Shown here: positions 50,642-61,549 of the stretch, one piece after another | Layout of the letters: the number at the start of each line of letters is the position of its first letter | How positions within the stretch are numbered: position 1 is the first letter of the stretch | Assembly: GCA_026914245.1 (NCBI GenBank) | Contig: CP110440.1 | Span: forward strand, 1,302,001 to 1,366,000 | DNA: 64,000 nucleotides | Direction of reading: 5' to 3' | DNA from: Puccinia triticina | Lineage: Eukaryota | Position numbers and translations under genes: made by a program | The notes under the pieces: model-generated | Database searches by the model: none | What the model was told of the DNA's origin: nothing | The model's input: only the letters and a program-made list of their open reading frames with translations

Positions 50642-53600
50642 AACGGAACCGTCTAGCTCCTCCAGTTCGTAGGATTCGCCGGGCATCTGTCGACGAACTC
50701 GGTAAGGCTCGTTCCATTTATTTTCAAATAACTTCCCCCACTGAGAATCCAGACTTTTATTGTATACTAATACTAAATCCTTCTCCTTTAATGATTCTCT
50801 AGATTTTTTCTTGTCATTCCAGTAGTCTACCGAGTATTGTCTAGTTTTTAACAAATGCGAATGAGCTTTTTGTAAAATTTTATCCCTACGTCGTAATTGA
50901 AGAACTCGAGCCTCTAAAAGCTCCTGGGTTGATTTTATCGCGTCCCAGTTAATGCCTAAAAATGACTCAAACTCTAAGTCCAAAGGGAGAATGGCTTGTT
51001 GACCGAAAACAAGCTCGAAGGGCGAATAACCTGAGGTTCTCTTAGTTGAGATTCTATCGGCGAATAATACTAGAGGAAGAAAAGTTCGCCATTTTTTACC
51101 CTCTGTACCGCAGAGTTTAACTAATGTATCCCGAATGGCTTGATGTCCACGCTCTACCATCCCATTTGCCTCTGGATAGTAGGGTGTCGTAACTTTTACT
51201 TTAATATCTAGATTAATTAAAGATTCTTGAAACTGATTTCCAAATTCAGATCCTCCGTCTACCACGACCGTTTTCGGCGCGCCGTAACGATAAATCCAGC
51301 TTTCTAGAAACCACTGCGCTATCTTTTTTGCTTGAATTTTTTCCATTCCTACAGCTTCAACCCACCCCGAGAGATCATCTCGAGCTATTACTAAGTATTT
51401 CCATCGTCCGGCTTTAATATGAACAGTATCCAGACTAACTCTACCAAATATTGTCGCCTCTCCTGTAGCATTCTTTTCTTCCGATGGTAATATTTTACTT
51501 CTTTTTTGACAAGGTTCGCAAGACTGAACCCAATTTTTAACTATTTTTTTAAGATTAGGCCACCAAAACCGCAATTTAATTCGCCAATACGTTTCATCCG
51601 TTCCACGATGGCCAAGACTTTCGTGCAACTCGTATAGTATCTTCTTTTGTATTTCTGGTACTGTAACTACTACTTGCGCAAAGGGCTGACTTTTCTTATG
51701 TAGTGTACCATTTGAAATAAAGAAAAAGGCAGATTTTTGAATAATATACTTAAACTCTTCCTTACTCGTCTCCGCTGGCCTATTCATTGTTGATAAGTAG
51801 ATTTCTAATTTCTTCCAGAATCCTTGCTGTAACTCGAGCACGTCCTCCCCCAACTTTGCTGTTGTCCCCAACAGCTGTACAGAGAAAGCAGCTTTGGTTC
51901 CAAAGCCAGGATGAGGTTTTACCCAAACTTCATCTTCGTCAAAACACGGCGCGTCCTTTTCGTCAGAATCCGGCGGTCGTCTAGAAAGGCCATCCGGCAT
52001 CGTAAACGTCTTAGCAGGAGTGTGAACTAAATCATACGAAAATAATTGAATAAAAGCTATCCACCGGTTCATTGGCGCATTAGGTAAGGATGGGTTATTA
52101 ATCATTCCAATTAAACATTTAGCATCAACACGTAATTGGAAATGTTGACCCCACAATACTGTTTGTAATTTTTTAAGGATTTTAGATACACCGCAGAGCT
52201 CGAGTTTTGATTGAGAATAACTCGACTCCCTCTTCGAAAAAACTATAGACTCATATTGAACTGGTCGATCTTGCTTTTCGTCATCTTCCTGCGTAAGTAC
52301 CGCTCCTGCCGCGATAACGCTAGAATCTACCGATAACTTAATTATTCCTGCTGATTGACCGTAATCTAATTTCTTTAGAGTTATATCCGCCCCGACTATC
52401 TTCTTCAACGCTTCAAAAGACTCTTGGCACGCTGCTGTCCATTCCCAGGTAGCATCTTTCCACGTAAGTCGACGAAGAGGCGCGGCAACCGTCGAGAAAC
52501 TTTTAATAAACATTCTAACGTATACACATACTCCCAAAAAACCCCTGACTTCTGTTACATTCTTCGGTACAGGCCAAGTTTCGACTTTATTCAGTTTCTT
52601 CTTCGAAATTCGACGTCCTTCTTTACATACGACGTGTCCAACAAGATCTAACGCCGGTACACAGCAGGCGAATTTTTTAGCTGAAATTGTAAGTCCCGCC
52701 TCTTCTATTCTAAACAAAATTCTCTCTAAAGTTACCGCGTATTCGTAAATAAATCGCCTGATTTTTGGGTTTTCTTTTAATGTTTCTCCTCCGTAATCTG
52801 ATTCCGGCCCCTTTATTCCGCCGTCGTCTATAAAGATACCAATGTGCTGAGGAATCTCCGGCTGGAGTATCCACATCATCTGCGCTTGGTAAACAGCGAC
52901 AGAATTCGTGGCGCCTTGAGGTAATCTGGTAAGCTGAAATCTTCCCAATGGCGTCTCAAATGTAGTTAAAGGTCGGGATTCAGGCGCTAATTCTCTTTTG
53001 TCATAACCGCCCATTATATCACCTAAGCCATAGCACGCTCGACCCGTAAAAGACTGAACTAGCTCTTCCACCGATGGCGGCAATCCGGCGTCTTTAATAG
53101 TCACTTTATTCAACCTCTGTAAGTCGTGTACAATTCTTAATTTTCCGTCCTGTTTCTTAATACAAAATATCGGACTAGTATAACTTGAAGTGGATGGCTC
53201 GTATAATCCAGTATTTATTCTTTCACGAACTAACTCGGTAAATGTTTCCTTAATTGGTCCAGGAATAGGAATTGGCTTTAATTGCCACGGTTCGTGCGGA
53301 ACTACCGGAATAACGTACGGCTTCCCATAAGAATGCTTGAGAAGTCCGCGATCCTTCTCCGTGAAAGCTAGCGCGGCTTGTCGAAGAACAATAATGAAAC
53401 AAAATAAGTTATATTCTTCTTCTGATAACCAATCCGGAGGACCGAAGTTGATTAATTTTAATCTCTCTTCTGTTACTTTTTCTGTAGGAATGAATTTAGG
53501 CGGATTAGGGATTACTGGAGTCTTGTATGGATCCCGCGATAAAGGCGGCCTTGAGAGAGGCGGATTTACAGATAGCGGCATAGGTATATTAACTGGTTTG

Positions 53601-53701
53601 ATCTTCCTTGCTACCGTTTTGTACTTGGCGGCATTACAACTAATTTCTTGTTTCCCTGGAACTTCTACTGTTTGTCGAAGCCCCGGGTCTAGTCTAAAAA
53701 A
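50540..53701 (-). CDS. Gypsy pol (RT, RNase H, integrase) in -1 frame relative to gag
   Basis: LRIVHDLQRLN, LPQG, FIDD; VDSS..AGAVL; LHESLGHRG..CEPCQ, VVDGGSEF, ANGMVERG; slippery T TTT TTA at 53695-53701. Confidence 0.92.
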   Translation of the reverse strand, partial: FFRLDPGLRQTVEVPGKQEISCNAAKYKTVARKIKPVNIPMPLSVNPPLSRPPLSRDPYKTPVIPNPPKFIPTEKVTEERLKLINFGPPDWLSEEEYNLFCFIIVLRQAALAFTEKDRGLLKHSYGKPYVIPVVPHEPWQLKPIPIPGPIKETFTELVRERINTGLYEPSTSSYTSPIFCIKKQDGKLRIVHDLQRLNKVTIKDAGLPPSVEELVQSFTGRACYGLGDIMGGYDKRELAPESRPLTTFETPLGRFQLTRLPQGATNSVAVYQAQMMWILQPEIPQHIGIFIDDGGIKGPESDYGGETLKENPKIRRFIYEYAVTLERILFRIEEAGLTISAKKFACCVPALDLVGHVVCKEGRRISKKKLNKVETWPVPKNVTEVRGFLGVCVYVRMFIKSFSTVAAPLRRLTWKDATWEWTAACQESFEALKKIVGADITLKKLDYGQSAGIIKLSVDSSVIAAGAVLTQEDDEKQDRPVQYESIVFSKRESSYSQSKLELCGVSKILKKLQTVLWGQHFQLRVDAKCLIGMINNPSLPNAPMNRWIAFIQLFSYDLVHTPAKTFTMPDGLSRRPPDSDEKDAPCFDEDEVWVKPHPGFGTKAAFSVQLLGTTAKLGEDVLELQQGFWKKLEIYLSTMNRPAETSKEEFKYIIQKSAFFFISNGTLHKKSQPFAQVVVTVPEIQKKILYELHESLGHRGTDETYWRIKLRFWWPNLKKIVKNWVQSCEPCQKRSKILPSEEKNATGEATIFGRVSLDTVHIKAGRWKYLVIARDDLSGWVEAVGMEKIQAKKIAQWFLESWIYRYGAPKTVVVDGGSEFGNQFQESLINLDIKVKVTTPYYPEANGMVERGHQAIRDTLVKLCGTEGKKWRTFLPLVLFADRISTKRTSGYSPFELVFGQQAILPLDLEFESFLGINWDAIKSTQELLEARVLQLRRRDKILQKAHSHLLKTRQYSVDYWNDKKKSRESLKEKDLVLVYNKSLDSQWGKLFENKWNEPYRVRRQMPGESYELEELDGSVLTRKYAASHVKYYHKRNEDIRNATLTTLVNLLI

Positions 53702-55917
53702 TCCCGGGTAGCCGTATTCACCGGTATAGAAGTTTCAAATTTCTGATTTGTCGGCGTAAGAATTGGAATTAAATAAGTTTTATCTTTGGAGTCCATTATA
53801 GCTAATGATTCTCCCCCATTTTCGTTATATTTAATTGTAGCTTTAACATCGACTAGAAAAGGTTTCTCGAGTATGAATTGGAGTGCTCCTCGCGCAACCC
53901 AAAAATGGACTACTCGAGTAAGTTTTCCTATTGTTACTTCGACTCCTTCCGCTATGCCAAGTATTCCCGTATGGTGACCGCCAATTCCCTTTAAATTCAT
54001 TGGTTTTTCAGTTATGACGAGTCCTAACTGCTGCGCCAAGTTCTCTGGAATCAAATTAACCATAGATCCCGTATCTAAGAGAGCTTCCTCACTGATATTA
54101 TTTATTTTAAGTTTAATATAACCTAAAGGGCATGAATAATGTGTAGTAAGTAAGTCCTCTGAATTTTCTAGTACTATTCCGGCATGTTTAGTAGAATTAA
54201 TTTCCTCGTTTGGAACGCGTCGATTAGAAATCTTCTTTTTAAAGATGTCCACCACTCCGTTGGATATCGCGAAAATTTCACCATAGCTCAGAGTCATACG
54301 CCCTTCAGTCAACATGCGCTTAGCGGTTTCTTCCTCAACGCCAGGAAATTCCTTAGCTAAAGTCCGCTCTAAGTGAGTTTTTCGAACTGGTTTCTCTTTC
54401 TCCATTTCTTCTTCGTCTGCTTCCTCAAACCTGACCTTAGTTGATCCTGACTTAGGTTTAATAGGTTCTTTAGATGTTTTTTGGGTTGCGGCTTTTTGAA
54501 GAAGATCCTCGACGTCGACGTCCATAACCGATTCCTTTCCGCCCTTCGACCGTTTGCTTCCTCCAGAATTCTCCGGTTCCTTCTCCGATCGCGTGCGCTT
54601 GCCAATATCCGCCTCATACATCATCCTCTCCTCCGGTTCGCATTTTTCCAGCTGACCAAAAGAAGTAATTATTTCCTTAGGTTTAGACTCGTTAAATCTG
54701 TCAACGACTTCTTTAATTGGTCGGCGCGTATTCCAGGAAATAACCGTATTATCTGGTAGGAGAAAGTTTCTTCCGTCTTTCTTAACTAAGCCATGCGCTT
54801 CGTCATAAGCAAAGATCCCACAGCTGTTACTACCATGGGTTTCTTGGTAGCAATAGTAACACTTAAAATCTGGTCTTTTGTAGGGCTCATTTGCAGGAGC
54901 TGATACAGATGGCAAGTGAGGCGGTGCCATTTTTCCAGCAGATAAAGAGGCTAATTGCCTAGTTAAATCCTGTATTTGCTTCTCGAATTTTTCCGCAACA
55001 GGTTTCTCAACGACGCGCTCTACAACCCGCTCAATTTTTGGCTTTTCGGCTTTTGACGTGGACGGTGAGTTTTCTGATTCCTCGTGTCCGCTCCATAAGT
55101 CTCGTCTTTCTAGAATAGACGCTGATTGGACCTCACGCTGAATGTACCGTAATAAAACGCTAGATTTCGGCAAAATATCACCACCATCTTTCGAAATCTC
55201 CATCTGATCATCTCGAATCAACTCTTTCGTGACAGCTGAGCCCAATTGTCGACTGAGCGCTCCCAAAAGCATGTCTCGAAATTCTTCCAAGCTGGCGTTA
55301 TAACCCATTTGTACTAAATAGTGAGTTATAGTTTCGAATTTTGTTTTAAATATTTTGAATTCGCTGAGAGTACTGATTCCGCCTTTCTTGATGGCGGCGT
55401 TTACTAAGTTTTTAAGATCTTTATTTGTATATTTAACTAATGGTAACGCTTTTCCAAATCGGTCGAGAAGCTCCTGCTTCAAACCTTCCCAGTCGCAGTT
55501 AATAAATCCCCTCATTTCTTCGATTTCGTCCTTCAATTCTTCTCCCCGCACGAAGAATACCACCTGTTTCGCCAGATCCCTCGCGCTAGCATCGTCCGTC
55601 CATCCCGCGTTTTCGAACCGCATGATGAATTTTTCGATTGTAATATTAGTTCCATCAAAATAAATTTCTTTATCCATCGGTTTAATTTTTACAGCTTTTG
55701 CGCCCGTAGCCGGACCTTCATATTTGGGTAAAGAAACTTCCCGCTCTACATTATGCACCAGAAGACGAGAGCCGCGCTGTCTAGACGAATCAGTCGACGG
55801 AGGCGCGCGTATTTCGTCCAAAGGTGGTAAATCACTTTCTGGAGAAGCAGCGCCTTCTCTATATTGACCAGCATTAGCGTAAAGGTTAATTGGTGGCGGA
55901 AGATTTCGGTGCGCCAT
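53689..55917 (-). CDS. Gypsy gag-protease ORF
   Basis: CYYCYQETHGSNSC zinc knuckle; ALLDTGSMVNLI aspartic protease. Confidence 0.9.
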   Translation of the reverse strand: MAHRNLPPPINLYANAGQYREGAASPESDLPPLDEIRAPPSTDSSRQRGSRLLVHNVEREVSLPKYEGPATGAKAVKIKPMDKEIYFDGTNITIEKFIMRFENAGWTDDASARDLAKQVVFFVRGEELKDEIEEMRGFINCDWEGLKQELLDRFGKALPLVKYTNKDLKNLVNAAIKKGGISTLSEFKIFKTKFETITHYLVQMGYNASLEEFRDMLLGALSRQLGSAVTKELIRDDQMEISKDGGDILPKSSVLLRYIQREVQSASILERRDLWSGHEESENSPSTSKAEKPKIERVVERVVEKPVAEKFEKQIQDLTRQLASLSAGKMAPPHLPSVSAPANEPYKRPDFKCYYCYQETHGSNSCGIFAYDEAHGLVKKDGRNFLLPDNTVISWNTRRPIKEVVDRFNESKPKEIITSFGQLEKCEPEERMMYEADIGKRTRSEKEPENSGGSKRSKGGKESVMDVDVEDLLQKAATQKTSKEPIKPKSGSTKVRFEEADEEEMEKEKPVRKTHLERTLAKEFPGVEEETAKRMLTEGRMTLSYGEIFAISNGVVDIFKKKISNRRVPNEEINSTKHAGIVLENSEDLLTTHYSCPLGYIKLKINNISEEALLDTGSMVNLIPENLAQQLGLVITEKPMNLKGIGGHHTGILGIAEGVEVTIGKLTRVVHFWVARGALQFILEKPFLVDVKATIKYNENGGESLAIMDSKDKTYLIPILTPTNQKFETSIPVNTATRDFLD

Positions 55918-58302
55918 GACTAAAAAAGGTAATTTGGAATTTAAAGTGTTTTAAATCTGATTTTTAGATAATTTTACGCGTAAACTTGCTAAAGAAAAGC
56001 GCGTAAAATGAGGAAGAGATGAAGAAAGCGCGTAAATTTGGAAAAAGTGCGTAAAGTAAGTTTTATTTAAGGTTTAGAGTTGTAAAATTTGATTAAGAAT
56101 AATTTCTAAAGGAAGATTTGGCCACTGTTGGGACACCACTTGTGGAACTTCTACGCAGGGCGTGATCTGAGCTTGGAAGGGAAATAGCAAAAACTAAGTA
56201 AGTTTAGGCTAAAGGTGCTTGAAGGGCTGCCTTCCTATAATAAACTCTGGAAGAATTTTACACTAAGAATTTAGTGTGGCTAAATCAGAAGAAGTATTCT
56301 TAAATATTTCTACTACAGACCCTAAGAACCAGGACTCTGTGCGTGGGATGAGAGATGTTATAGTTTGACGTAAGTGACTTTTTTTTAGAAGGGTCAATTT
56401 GTATTTGTTATGTTATCAAGTTCTCAATTTATAATTCAATTTATATTATAATTATTACTATTATGATCTTACTATTTAGATGGGTGATGGAAGCGGAAGT
56501 AATTTCTTAATATTACTATTTATGCTGGCATGGGGAAGAAAGGGAACAAGAAGGGGCAGAAGAGGCCTCCTTATATAGTAAATAATCTAGTCTGAGAGTG
56601 GATTTTACAAGTGTGAAATAGAATACTACTTTGGGATGCTGTACAGTTGTAGTGTGAAATAATAACCTATATTGGGATGCTGTACATGATATTTGTGAAA
56701 TAGTATTCTACTTTGAGTTGAGATCACTTGGCTTGTTCCTCTTTGGGGTGAAAACATGATCTAAGAGTAGATTTTCTAACATGTGATAATGGAATCTTTC
56801 AGCAGTGTCCCTTTCAGTCCTAGTGTAGATTTGTACTATGTAATGTGTGTGATTTGTATGTGAAAACTAGAATTCTACTATGTACTTGAGTATGTAACTA
56901 AATAGACTAGTACTGGTTTTCTGGGTGATAATTTAATTGACAATTCTATGTAATCTGTAGCTTGTATGTTAATTTGTACTAGAAGGGTTTTGTTTGTACT
57001 TTATAATATACTATTATATTAATTCTTCCCTATTTTTGACGTGTTTGTAAGTGGATTAGTCTTACCACAGCGCACATTCCAGTCAGGCTCAGCTACATAC
57101 ATACCGCTCTTGTTCTCTCCTGCTCATTAACACGGCCACCTGTCCGACATTTGCCAGGACTTCTTCTCTTACTGGATCTGCAAAAAACATCCCATTTGTT
57201 TGCTGTCGGATTTTCACTGGCGGAGGGGTACATTACGTGCTCGGAATGTGCAAATTGTGGAGTTGCTCATTATAGACTCCCAAGTATGACACCCTCAGTA
57301 GAAACTGTCTTTTAGGATGCTTGGTGGAAAAAAATCAGCCTTTTATCATTTTGAAATCAAATGAGAGTGAACTGTTACTGATTGAATGAATGTAAAGATT
57401 TCCTGGACCAAAAGTGGGATGATTCCAGGTTGGTGGAAAGAACCAGTCAGAGTACAAGTCTTGCCTGTAGGTCACATCATTGAAGCGGTGTACAATTTCT
57501 ATCCACTCCTCCATTTTCCATTTTGCCTAAATTGGAGAAGATGAGACTTAGTTACCCTGATTTAGTATCTCTCACAGCATGATTTGTTTGCTGTGCATTT
57601 GATGCCACATCTCAAAGCATATAATCCCCACAGGGCTCCAAGTAGAGTCCCCATAGATACATAATCTCAAGTAGCAAAATATCAGTATTGGCAAAAAAAC
57701 TTGTAAGGCTTTTTTTATCCATTCCATTTCACCAACAGATCCTTCAGCTCTCTTGCTCCAATGTGGAATTTTATTTTTATTTTCAGGTTATCCATTTGGA
57801 AAAGTTTCTTTTCTTTCTATTTATAAATCATTCATTGTTTTCCAATGTGCTTGATTCCTGTGGGATTGAAATGTTGTATGGCCTCTACAGAGCAATTTTT
57901 ATGGTTTGAGAAACCAATTTTATTGACAACTTGACAGACTCCCCGTGAACCTGGGGTTGCTCTATGACCAATTTGTCTGAACTCAGTGGTTTATTCAAGA
58001 ATACTGAATTCCCTTGGGTCATGTTTTTGTTACATATTTTATTACACCAAAATAAGAAAGCAACAACAAATGCAGGTTTATTGGAGGACTTCCCGTCACC
58101 TTGGAACAGATCTGGAATTTCAGATTCCGCAGGGAAATCTGAAATCTGGAACTCTGGATCACTTTGGGGATCTTTGAGGACCTAGATTTCCCTGCAAAAT
58201 CTGAAATCTGGCCGGTCAGATCTGACTTTCCTGATTGACAGGAAGTACTCCATTATTCTGTGCCAAGTTCATCTTTTGTGGCAGATGTGATGAGTTAATT
58301 TT

Positions 58303-58328
58303 CTGCGGCGCAGCCGCAAGTTCCCTAG
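58303..58328 (+). other. Additional Helitron-type 3' terminus (internal to element D)
   Basis: TGCGGC-GCA-GCCGCA hairpin followed by AGTTCCCTAG|T. Confidence 0.6.
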
Positions 58329-59994
58329 TATATAATATTCATGAGTTAATTTTGTAGTTTATGAATAGGTGTTTTGAATATCTCACTTTCAAATTCATAC
58401 ATTTTTTTCACTGTGTTTATGGTACAGAAGGCAAGCTTTGCCCATGTTACAGATGTTTCCATTGAGCCCCTGCAAATACAGTGCTATAATGGGCCACTTT
58501 CACCTTCTGTACCATAAACACAGTAAAAAGATATGTGGATTTCAATGTGAAGATACTGAAATCATATATTAATAAGCTGCAACATATACTGTGAGATCAC
58601 ATACTTACATAAATTGACTCCTGCAGCGGCACAGCCGCCTTGGCCTCTAGTTTTACAAGGAGTTGTCCAAATCTTGACCTTGTAATGGAAGTCCTTGCAA
58701 AAAAGACCTTGTAAATTTCCACCTCAGATTTTCCATGTGTAATTTCACAAGGTATATTTTTGCAAGGGGTGACCTTGTAAGAAAATGACCTTTCAAAATT
58801 GCACATCCCACTTTCTTAAATCCACACAATCCTAGACCTCTGGATCTAAGTTTTGGGGCGTTTTTTTCTCACAAAATGGCACAAACAGCCCACAAATCTC
58901 ACAATACATGTTGAAATCCCCAAAGGCCCTATGGATGAACCTCCAGCTGTGCCGCAGCAACAAGCAAAAGTGGGCCAGTTGTTATAGTAGTCCAGGAAGG
59001 CCCTAATCAAGTGATTAGTGGGCTCACAGGGAGGGTGTCAGCCTTAGAGTCAACACAGTTGACCTAAACTCTGCCTCTTTTCTACTCATTACATATGAAA
59101 GTACTTCATATCCTTTTCATCTTAAGAGAGATCACTGTTTTGACTTCATTTTCTGTTTCCTCATGCAATTTTAACCCTAGTTACAACTTATCAATTCTTT
59201 GTAACTATACTCCTTCCCTGAGTTCTTGAGTTATGGCGCGCATGCGCAGTTGTGACGTGTCAGCGCTAACAGGCGCGCCAAACCACATGTACATATGTAA
59301 TTACATAAGCAAACTGTGAAAATTTTCGAAGTCAGGATCCCCCTTGCCTGAGGAGGATCTACAGACTTCAGCACACCAGAACCACGCCCCAGATAACCCA
59401 GGATCACCACCAAAGAGACTACCACGCTCCCAGTATACCTACCGTCACAGGCGCCTAGGATATTGACAGTAAGTAGACTCTTTTCACTGAACCTTGCTTA
59501 TCCAGAGTGAAACTCTGTTGCTCTTGACTGTTTCTTCTTTTATTCAACTCTTTCAATCTTAAAAGATCAAAAGGTTATCTCTGGTTAAGACCTACAAAAC
59601 CAGAGCAGAGTAGTGACCCTACTTCTGAATCCCACCAACGTTTCCTTGTTGTGAGTGGAGGCTGTTGCACTCTTTCTTGGCCTTGCACAGCTGGCATCCA
59701 ACTTTTCCAGGTTGAGAATAGCCCAGATCAATTAATTAAGACTTAAAGTCTAGGCCTGATCTTCTCTTTCTCTCTTTCTTTCCTCTCTCTCTGTTTTTAT
59801 TTCTTTATCCCAAGAAATCCAACCAGAGTCCCCCCATTTTCCTTGTGTCCTGTTGTCACACAAGAGACACAGGCTCACAGAGGGGGTAGGACGAAACCGG
59901 AGCCCCTGGGGGGACAATCCGCTGCCAACCCTTCCCCCTTTTAAATAAGCACAGTCATGCTTGTCGCCCAACAATATCCTGACGGTTGCCCCAC

Positions 59995-60218
59995 ACCACC
60001 CACCACGGGCTCATCGCCATCTGCCACAGTCTCGTCGCCATCTGCCACGAGCTCATCGCCATCCGCCACGAGCTCGTCGCCATCTGCCACAAGCTGGTCG
60101 CCATCCGCCACAAGCTCGTTGCCATCTGCCACAGACTTGTTGCCATCCGCCACGGACTCATTGCCATCCGCCACAGGCTCGCCGCCATCCGCCACGCTCT
60201 TGTTGCCATCTGCACCGT
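59995..60218 (+). repeat. 21-bp minisatellite (GCCATCTGCCACGAGCTCGTC-like), ~10 copies
   Basis: Directly visible tandem units; produce ADGDELV / PSATSSS repeat ORFs. Confidence 0.9.
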
Positions 60219-60589
60219 GGCCACTCAGCGATTACCGCATATTCTATCTAAAAGCTTGCCCACACTTTAATATGGCCGGCAGACTGAGCTCAGCTTGGGA
60301 GATGGGGAAGAAACGAACAGGTGTGATTAATTCGCCGGAGCTATCTCACCCGTCTTTGTTGTCTTGAGTCAAGCAAACAGAAGAGAGGCGTATACATATT
60401 CAAGTATTAGAAAAGCCTGGACTCCCTTCTCTTCGATTATTGGATGTTGCACCAACCAGTTACTTCTCAATTGTCTCACAATGTTTGTTTTATGAAGAAA
60501 TTTCATCATTGAACATAGTGGTGGCCACCAAATAAAAACATGGCCACAAGCATATAGGAAGAAAGACAATTTCCAAAAAAAAAACCAAG

Positions 60590-61109
60590 CTAGCAACATC
60601 GGCACCTTTTTTGTCTCTGGTGTCTTTTGAGATGAGATTGATGTTGATCCCATGGCCCTTGCGTAATGTTGTTGCGCCATTCCTTTAATAAAGCCTTCTG
60701 TCGGCAAGAGAGCGGTTGCGCAGGAGGATCAACGGGGTCATGATCATCGTCATCTTCCACCGGGCTGTCTTGCTCATTCCATTCAAAGAAGGAGTGGCCA
60801 GATGTCCCTGAGTGATCCACCGTAAAGTTGTGCAGTATCCCCAGCGCAAACACAAGATTGCGTTGCATGTCCAGGTCATAGTTGAGGGGATGTGACAGAA
60901 TCAAAAAGCGCTTCTTCCATGCGCCAAAAGTTCTTTCAACCATGTTCCGGAGCAAGGAGTGTCTCAAATTAAATAACTCTTGTGGGTTTGAAGGCCTAAA
61001 ACATAGATGAGATGTCAGCATAAGTTGCCATAGGGGTGATATGTTCAACTTACCTTTGTCCAGCTAATGCCTGCTTTCGCAAATGATACCAAACACCGCG
61101 GTATGGAAC
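60590..61109 (-). pseudogene. PIF/Harbinger (DDE_Tnp_4) transposase C-terminal remnant with intron
   Basis: VPYRGVWYHLRKQ-intron-PSNPQELFNLRHSLLRNMVERTFGAWKKRF...LHNF; truncated at the MITE at 61110. Confidence 0.85.
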
Positions 61110-61470
61110 CAACAAAGGGTAGTTACGCGTAGATAACGGTAACGTATCAAAATTTTTGTCGTTATCTACGCGTTACGCGCAACGGCAGTGCAATTACGTT
61201 ATCGCAACACGTTGAGCCGGTTTTTTTTATGCTCGTTGCGTTATTCGGGCGCGCGGAGCCCTTGAGAACGGGCAAAAAATGAGGCTAAAAAGCCTTAAAT
61301 GGTCCGTTATCGCGTTGTCCCCCGGATAACGCGATAACGGGCCTCAAAAATGAGGCCCGTTACGTTACGCGCGGGGCCTGAAATGGCCCCGTTACTAGTA
61401 AAGTAACGGGGGGTAGTTACGTTACCAAAATTGCACGGATAACGCAACGTAACGTAACTACCCTTTGTTG
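61110..61470. mobile_element. MITE rich in TAACG/CGTTA pentamers
   Basis: 18-bp TIR CAACAAAGGGTAGTTACG / CGTAACTACCCTTTGTTG. Confidence 0.75.
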
Positions 61471-61549
61471 CCACCCCTCCTTTTTTTTTTTTTTTTTTGG
61501 AAAAACAACTTCCAACTGCAAAATGTGCACAAGTTAACTGGGTGCCTCC

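Larger units (their letters stand above)
48259..57069 (-). mobile_element. Full-length Ty3/Gypsy LTR retrotransposon
   Basis: LTRs 48259-49190 and 56141-57069 (TG...CA; only a 3-bp indel seen by eye); 4-bp TSD GCGC; PBS-like TGGTGTCCCAAC; PPT GGGGGAGGA. Confidence 0.97.
48080..57330 (-). pseudogene. Kinesin motor-domain fragment split by the Gypsy insertion (pieces ~57070-57330 and ~48080-48258)
   Basis: FLLRVSYLGVYNEQL, DPVREEVL, DWNVR|SSQSHTIF (switch I; the junction reads in frame after removing the Gypsy and one TSD copy), CLINLAGNERA (switch II), GSFINK; 4-bp TGTA duplication frameshift. Confidence 0.85.
42175..58650 (+). mobile_element. Non-autonomous Helitron-like element D (16.5 kb including nested TEs and several captured gene fragments)
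   Basis: 5' A|TCCAAGTTTATTAAAG; 3' GCGG-CACAG-CCGC hairpin + CTTGGCCTCTAG|T. Flanks rejoin as GATGTGTAA|TTTTACAAGG, restoring a TIR-like end that matches AAAATTGCACATCCC at ~58795-58809. Confidence 0.8.

Noticed and set aside
59941..60367. ADGDELV / PSATSSS repeat proteins
   Set aside because: All six frames are open only because of the 21-bp minisatellite; no flanking gene structure
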